A stretch of DNA of 64,000 nucleotides from Gemmatimonadota bacterium. Lineage in GTDB: Bacteria; Gemmatimonadota; Gemmatimonadetes; Gemmatimonadales; GWC2-71-9. Under the pieces are notes generated by a model that did not search any database, had not been told where the DNA came from, and saw only the letters and a list, made by a program, of their open reading frames with translations. The stretch covers positions 34,795-98,794 of the forward strand of contig JAZDCY010000063.1 in NCBI GenBank assembly GCA_036679645.1, in the 5' to 3' direction. The position numbers and the translations under genes are program-made. This document shows positions 60,137-64,000 of the stretch, piece by piece (the stretch's first letter is position 1; each line of letters starts with the position of its first letter).

Positions 60137-62779
60137 ATGAACCGGACCGCCGTGACCGTTCTAGGCGCGCTCGCACTCGGAGTAGGGACCGTGTCCTCGC
60201 CCGTCTACGCGCAGCGCATCGAGCAGGGCGAGCTAGCCGCCGGCGATCAGACGCTCGATGACGGCGAGTACCTGGACATCTACACGTTCCAGGGACGACC
60301 GGAGCAGCGCGTCGCGCTCATCCTCACCTCCCAGGACTTCGACACCTTTCTCCTCCTGATAGCACCGTCCGGAAACGACACCCAGAACGACGACTACGAG
60401 GGAAACAACCGGGAGTCCCGGATCGAGGCCGTGTTGGACGAGGCGGGCGAGTGGCGAGTCGGAGTGACCTCCTATCAGAGCGGTGAGACCGGGCGCTATA
60501 CGCTACGGATGGACCTCGGCGGCGGGCAGGTGGCTGCCGCTCCGGCCGCTCCGATGGGGATGGGCCCGCAAACGCACCGGGGCGAACTCTCGCAGGGCGA
60601 CGAGACGCTCAAAGATGGGGAGTACGGCGACATCTACACGTTCCAGGGCGTCGCCGGTGGCCAAGCCCGCATCGAGCTGCGCTCGACCGCCTTTGACACC
60701 TATCTGTTCGTCGTCGCCCCTGACGGGACCCAGGAAGACAACGACGACGCCAGTCAGGGAGAAACGACCCGCTCCCTGGTGGAGTTGCAGACGACCGTGG
60801 GGGAGTACCGCGTCGTCGTCACGTCCTACCAGTCTGGTGAAACTGGACCTTATCAACTCACCATCGATGCCGGCGGCGGGGCGGTGGCAGCTACGCCCGG
60901 CCGGGGTGGAGACCGGGGCAAGAACCAGGTGGCGGCAGGCCCGCGCGTCGAGACCGGTCGCCTCGAATCGGGAGATGAGACACTCGACGACGGCGAATAC
61001 ATCGACAGCTACACCTTCGAGGGCAGACAGGGCCAACGTGCCATTCTCGATCTCCGGGCCCAGGGCTTCGACCCCTACTTGCTGCTGCGCGGACCCAACG
61101 AGCAGTCCCAGGACAACGACGACCACGAAGGGGACCGTACCCGATCGCTCATCGTGTACACGCTCGAGGCCGACGGCACGTATCGGGTCGGTGTCACCAG
61201 CTATCAGGCCGACGAGACGGGAAGCTACGAGCTGCGGATCGATCTGGGCGACGGCGGTGGTGCCGCGGCCGCGGTGGCTGCCGGTCCGAGGCACGAGGCG
61301 GGTGAGCTGCGCGCTGGAGACGATTCGCTGAACTCGGGCGAGTTCGTTGATGTCCATACTTTCGAAGGGAGCCCGGGCCAACGCGCGGACATCGTGCTCT
61401 CGTCCAACGACTTCGATACATATCTGATCGTCATCGACCCCGCCGGCGAGCAGAAGGAAAACGACGACGACGGAAGCACGAACCGGAGTCGCGTGGAGCA
61501 GGAACTCACCGAACCCGGGGAATACCGTATTCTCGTCACCACCTACCAACCCGGAGAGACGGGCGCGTACACGCTCGACATCACGCTCGGTGGTGGCGCG
61601 GCGGCGCCGGCACAGCAACAGCAACGGGATGTGACCACGATCGCCATGGGCCAAACGCTCACCGGCCAGCTCGAATCCGGTGACGGCCAACTCGACAACG
61701 GGGAGTACCGCGACCTCTATGTCTTCAACGGGCAGGCGGGCCAGAACGTCACCGTCGACATGCAGTCGCAGGAATTCGACACATATCTCGGCCTGCTCAC
61801 GCCGAACGGCGAGGACGTCCAGAACGACGACTATGAGGGCAGTACGAAGCAGTCGCGCATCGAGATGACCCTACGGGAAACCGGACGGTACCGGATTGTC
61901 GCAACCTCCTACGCCGAGGCGGAGACGGGTACGTACCAGGTACGGCTTACAGGAGGGGGAGCGCCCCAGCCAGTCGCGGCGCGACCAGCCCAACCCGGCG
62001 CACAGCCTGCCGGTGACGGCGACGGCGACGGCCGCATATTCGGCGTCTTCACCGGGATCAGCGACTACGGCGGGCGGGCGAGCAATCTCCCCTACACGGC
62101 CGACGACGCCATCCGCGTGCGCAACGCGCTCATCGAGGGTGCAGGCATGGACCCCAACAACGGTATTCTCCTCACGGATGCCCAGGTCACCACCGGCGGC
62201 GTGCACAACGCCATACAACAACTCGCCGGCCGTATGGGCCCCAACGATACGTTCATCTTCTTCTACTCCGGTCACGGCAGCAGAGTACCGCGGCCCGGAG
62301 GGGGCTTTCAGGTAACGGACCCCGATGGGATGGATGAGACGATCGAGTTCGTCGATGCGGGCGTGACCGACGATCAGTTCAACGAGTGGATGAACGAGAT
62401 CCAGGCGGGACGCATTCTGCTCTGGCTGGACGCATGCTTCAGCGGTGGCTTCTCGAAGGACGTGATCTCACGGCCCGGCCGTATGGGCATGTTCTCGTCC
62501 GAGGAAGACGTTACGTCGTCAGTCGCGGCAAAGTTCAGAGCCGGTGGTTACCTCGCCGTCTTTCTCGCCGATGCCATTCAGAGCAAGCTGGCGGACATCG
62601 ATGGTGACGGCCAGATCTCGGCAATCGAGTTGAGTCAATACGTGCACGAGCGGTACCGCGCAGATCTCAAGAGTGGCAATCCGGGCGATTTCGTACGCAC
62701 CGGCGGTCCGCAGTTGGGGTTCCAACACCTGGTGGTCGATTTGGGATCGATTGGGCCATACGATATTCTGTTCAGATAG
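60137..62779 (+). CDS. Secreted caspase-family (C14, metacaspase-like) peptidase with five N-terminal PPC domains
   Basis: Signal peptide; five G.L..GD..L.dGEy.D.YtF.G...FDTYL...NDD...G.Y.l repeats; FFYSGHG and LDACFSGG catalytic dyad. Confidence 0.9.
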   Translation: MNRTAVTVLGALALGVGTVSSPVYAQRIEQGELAAGDQTLDDGEYLDIYTFQGRPEQRVALILTSQDFDTFLLLIAPSGNDTQNDDYEGNNRESRIEAVLDEAGEWRVGVTSYQSGETGRYTLRMDLGGGQVAAAPAAPMGMGPQTHRGELSQGDETLKDGEYGDIYTFQGVAGGQARIELRSTAFDTYLFVVAPDGTQEDNDDASQGETTRSLVELQTTVGEYRVVVTSYQSGETGPYQLTIDAGGGAVAATPGRGGDRGKNQVAAGPRVETGRLESGDETLDDGEYIDSYTFEGRQGQRAILDLRAQGFDPYLLLRGPNEQSQDNDDHEGDRTRSLIVYTLEADGTYRVGVTSYQADETGSYELRIDLGDGGGAAAAVAAGPRHEAGELRAGDDSLNSGEFVDVHTFEGSPGQRADIVLSSNDFDTYLIVIDPAGEQKENDDDGSTNRSRVEQELTEPGEYRILVTTYQPGETGAYTLDITLGGGAAAPAQQQQRDVTTIAMGQTLTGQLESGDGQLDNGEYRDLYVFNGQAGQNVTVDMQSQEFDTYLGLLTPNGEDVQNDDYEGSTKQSRIEMTLRETGRYRIVATSYAEAETGTYQVRLTGGGAPQPVAARPAQPGAQPAGDGDGDGRIFGVFTGISDYGGRASNLPYTADDAIRVRNALIEGAGMDPNNGILLTDAQVTTGGVHNAIQQLAGRMGPNDTFIFFYSGHGSRVPRPGGGFQVTDPDGMDETIEFVDAGVTDDQFNEWMNEIQAGRILLWLDACFSGGFSKDVISRPGRMGMFSSEEDVTSSVAAKFRAGGYLAVFLADAIQSKLADIDGDGQISAIELSQYVHERYRADLKSGNPGDFVRTGGPQLGFQHLVVDLGSIGPYDILFR

Positions 62780-62796
62780 CAGGCAGCCAGACGGCA

Positions 62797-62857
62797 AGAC
62801 GCTCAGACGCTCAGACGCTCAGACCCGTCCACTGAGCGCCTGAGCGTCTGAGCGTCT
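62797..62857. terminator. Long hairpin of inverted 8-bp tandem repeats between convergent genes (bidirectional terminator/REP-like)
   Basis: (agacgctc)x3-ag, 9-nt loop, ctgagcgcctgagcgtctgagcgtct; 26-bp stem with one mismatch. Confidence 0.75.
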
Positions 62858-62863
62858 ATCTGT

Positions 62864-64000
62864 TTATGGCGTCACCAACTCGAACACAACCGGCTGTCCC
62901 ACGATCTCCCGTTTCACGGTCCGGCGTGGGGCTTCAGTGGTCACGTAGTTGATGAACTCCACCTCACCGCCCTGCACGGAAACGCGGAACACTTCGAACG
63001 TCCCCGCCGGCACCGTGACCTCCTCCACGCCCTCGACCTTGATCGTGTACGGGAGGATCTTGGCGCCATCCCCATCGAACACACTGAGCGTGAACGACGC
63101 TCCCTCAGCAAGCGCGAGGGCGGGAATCAGCATCGGTACTTGCTCCGAGGAGATCATGGCGTCCGTAAAGACCGTATCAACGGCCGTCGTGTCGACGACG
63201 CCGCCCTGCTGCGGCGCCTGCGCTTGACCGGTGATGCGTCCATCAGCCACGACGAGATGGGTCTCTGCTGCCTGCCCCTGCAGTTGCCCCACCTGATCGA
63301 CGGATTGCAGGGCAAAGCTGCCCGCAGTCATGCGGACCGTCGTCTCCTGATTCAACCCTGCGAGCGGAATGGCCGTCTTGGAGTAGTAGACGATGTCGTC
63401 ACCATCCATGGTGACCTCGGTGACCATTCCGCCAAACGGATTGCCCTGTACCATGACCGCCATGGAGTCCCGACGGGCGACGACGTGTGACGCATCGAAC
63501 GCCACGGCAGTGGTACTCGGTGTGAGGTCATCGACTGTCAGCGCGTTCCCCTCGACATCGATGATCCGGACGGGAGCAATGGCCAGCAGTGGTTCGTAGA
63601 TCTGCTGACCGTCACCGACCACGATGATCACACCGGAGTCAGGCCGGACGATGTTGGCGATCGCATCCCGTGCCGCCTCTGCCGAGACACCGGCAATGCG
63701 CTCGCGGTACCGCTCGAGGTAGTCCTCACCCAGACTCAGCCGTCTCTGAGTCGATACCTGCCCCGCTATCTGTTGGGGCGTCTGGATAGTGAGAGGGAAG
63801 ACGCCGGTGAGATAGTTGATTGCGTTCTCCATCTCATCGGCAGGGATGAGTTCCGTCCGAATCCGACTCAGCTGATGCAGCAGCTCGACCAGCGCAGAGT
63901 CTGTTACCGATGTCCGCACTTCCACCGACGCGAGGAACCTCCCCGTGTCGAGCGGGCGATTCATAGATGCGTACGCCCCGTACGTCCAACTCTTCTGTTC
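62864..64000 (-). CDS. M16 (insulinase-family) peptidase C-terminal domain fused to a DUF3108-like domain (5' partial)
   Basis: EQKSWTYGAY, AINYLTGVFPL, IIVVGD; EEVTVPAGTFE. Confidence 0.8.
   Translation of the reverse strand, partial: EQKSWTYGAYASMNRPLDTGRFLASVEVRTSVTDSALVELLHQLSRIRTELIPADEMENAINYLTGVFPLTIQTPQQIAGQVSTQRRLSLGEDYLERYRERIAGVSAEAARDAIANIVRPDSGVIIVVGDGQQIYEPLLAIAPVRIIDVEGNALTVDDLTPSTTAVAFDASHVVARRDSMAVMVQGNPFGGMVTEVTMDGDDIVYYSKTAIPLAGLNQETTVRMTAGSFALQSVDQVGQLQGQAAETHLVVADGRITGQAQAPQQGGVVDTTAVDTVFTDAMISSEQVPMLIPALALAEGASFTLSVFDGDGAKILPYTIKVEGVEEVTVPAGTFEVFRVSVQGGEVEFINYVTTEAPRRTVKREIVGQPVVFELVTP

Noticed and set aside
62790..62860. CRISPR array
   Set aside because: 8-bp tandem units without spacers forming a hairpin; no cas genes

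Overview
GC-rich bacterial chromosomal segment. Gene content, signal-peptide style and the 'DRL..AL.DRYR' kinase N-terminus suggest Gemmatimonadota (inference). In order: (1) CBS/hemolysin pair and a truncated DUF502; (2) a branched-chain acyl-CoA catabolism block (meaB, split methylmalonyl-CoA mutase interrupted by an archaeal-type eRF1-like gene, carboxyltransferase, TPPII-like subtilase, split AtuA, enoyl-CoA hydratase); (3) the main point of interest, a ~17 kb respiratory and cofactor-maturation locus (13.4-31.7 kb). It has HmuY, Mrp/NBP35, ferredoxin, and three proteins sharing four copies of the DPOR 'PCP_red' domain: a Zn-finger protein, a tandem-USP protein with Cys-Pro heme-regulatory-like motifs, and an AhbD/NirJ-like radical SAM-SPASM enzyme. 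These are tightly coupled to an orphan non-canonical CydA-like subunit (no CydB), three c-type cytochromes (5 CxxCH, one fused to an EbdC-like domain), a type-1 copper lipoprotein and an A1-type heme-copper oxidase with ctaB but no ctaA; (4) an accessory patch of secreted proteins, a short RecQ and gene remnants; (5) nfeD-floA-yqfB-like, acyl-CoA dehydrogenase, rne/rng, rplU-rpmA; (6) a four-helix-bundle gene inside inverted 10-nt repeat arrays; (7) a Ser/Thr kinase-PEGA/trypsin-giant RCC1 lipoprotein operon divergent from a secreted 5xPPC-metacaspase, then a partial M16 peptidase. Several genes carry internal deletions or frameshifts that may be assembly errors. All assignments come from motif recognition by eye; no searches were run.
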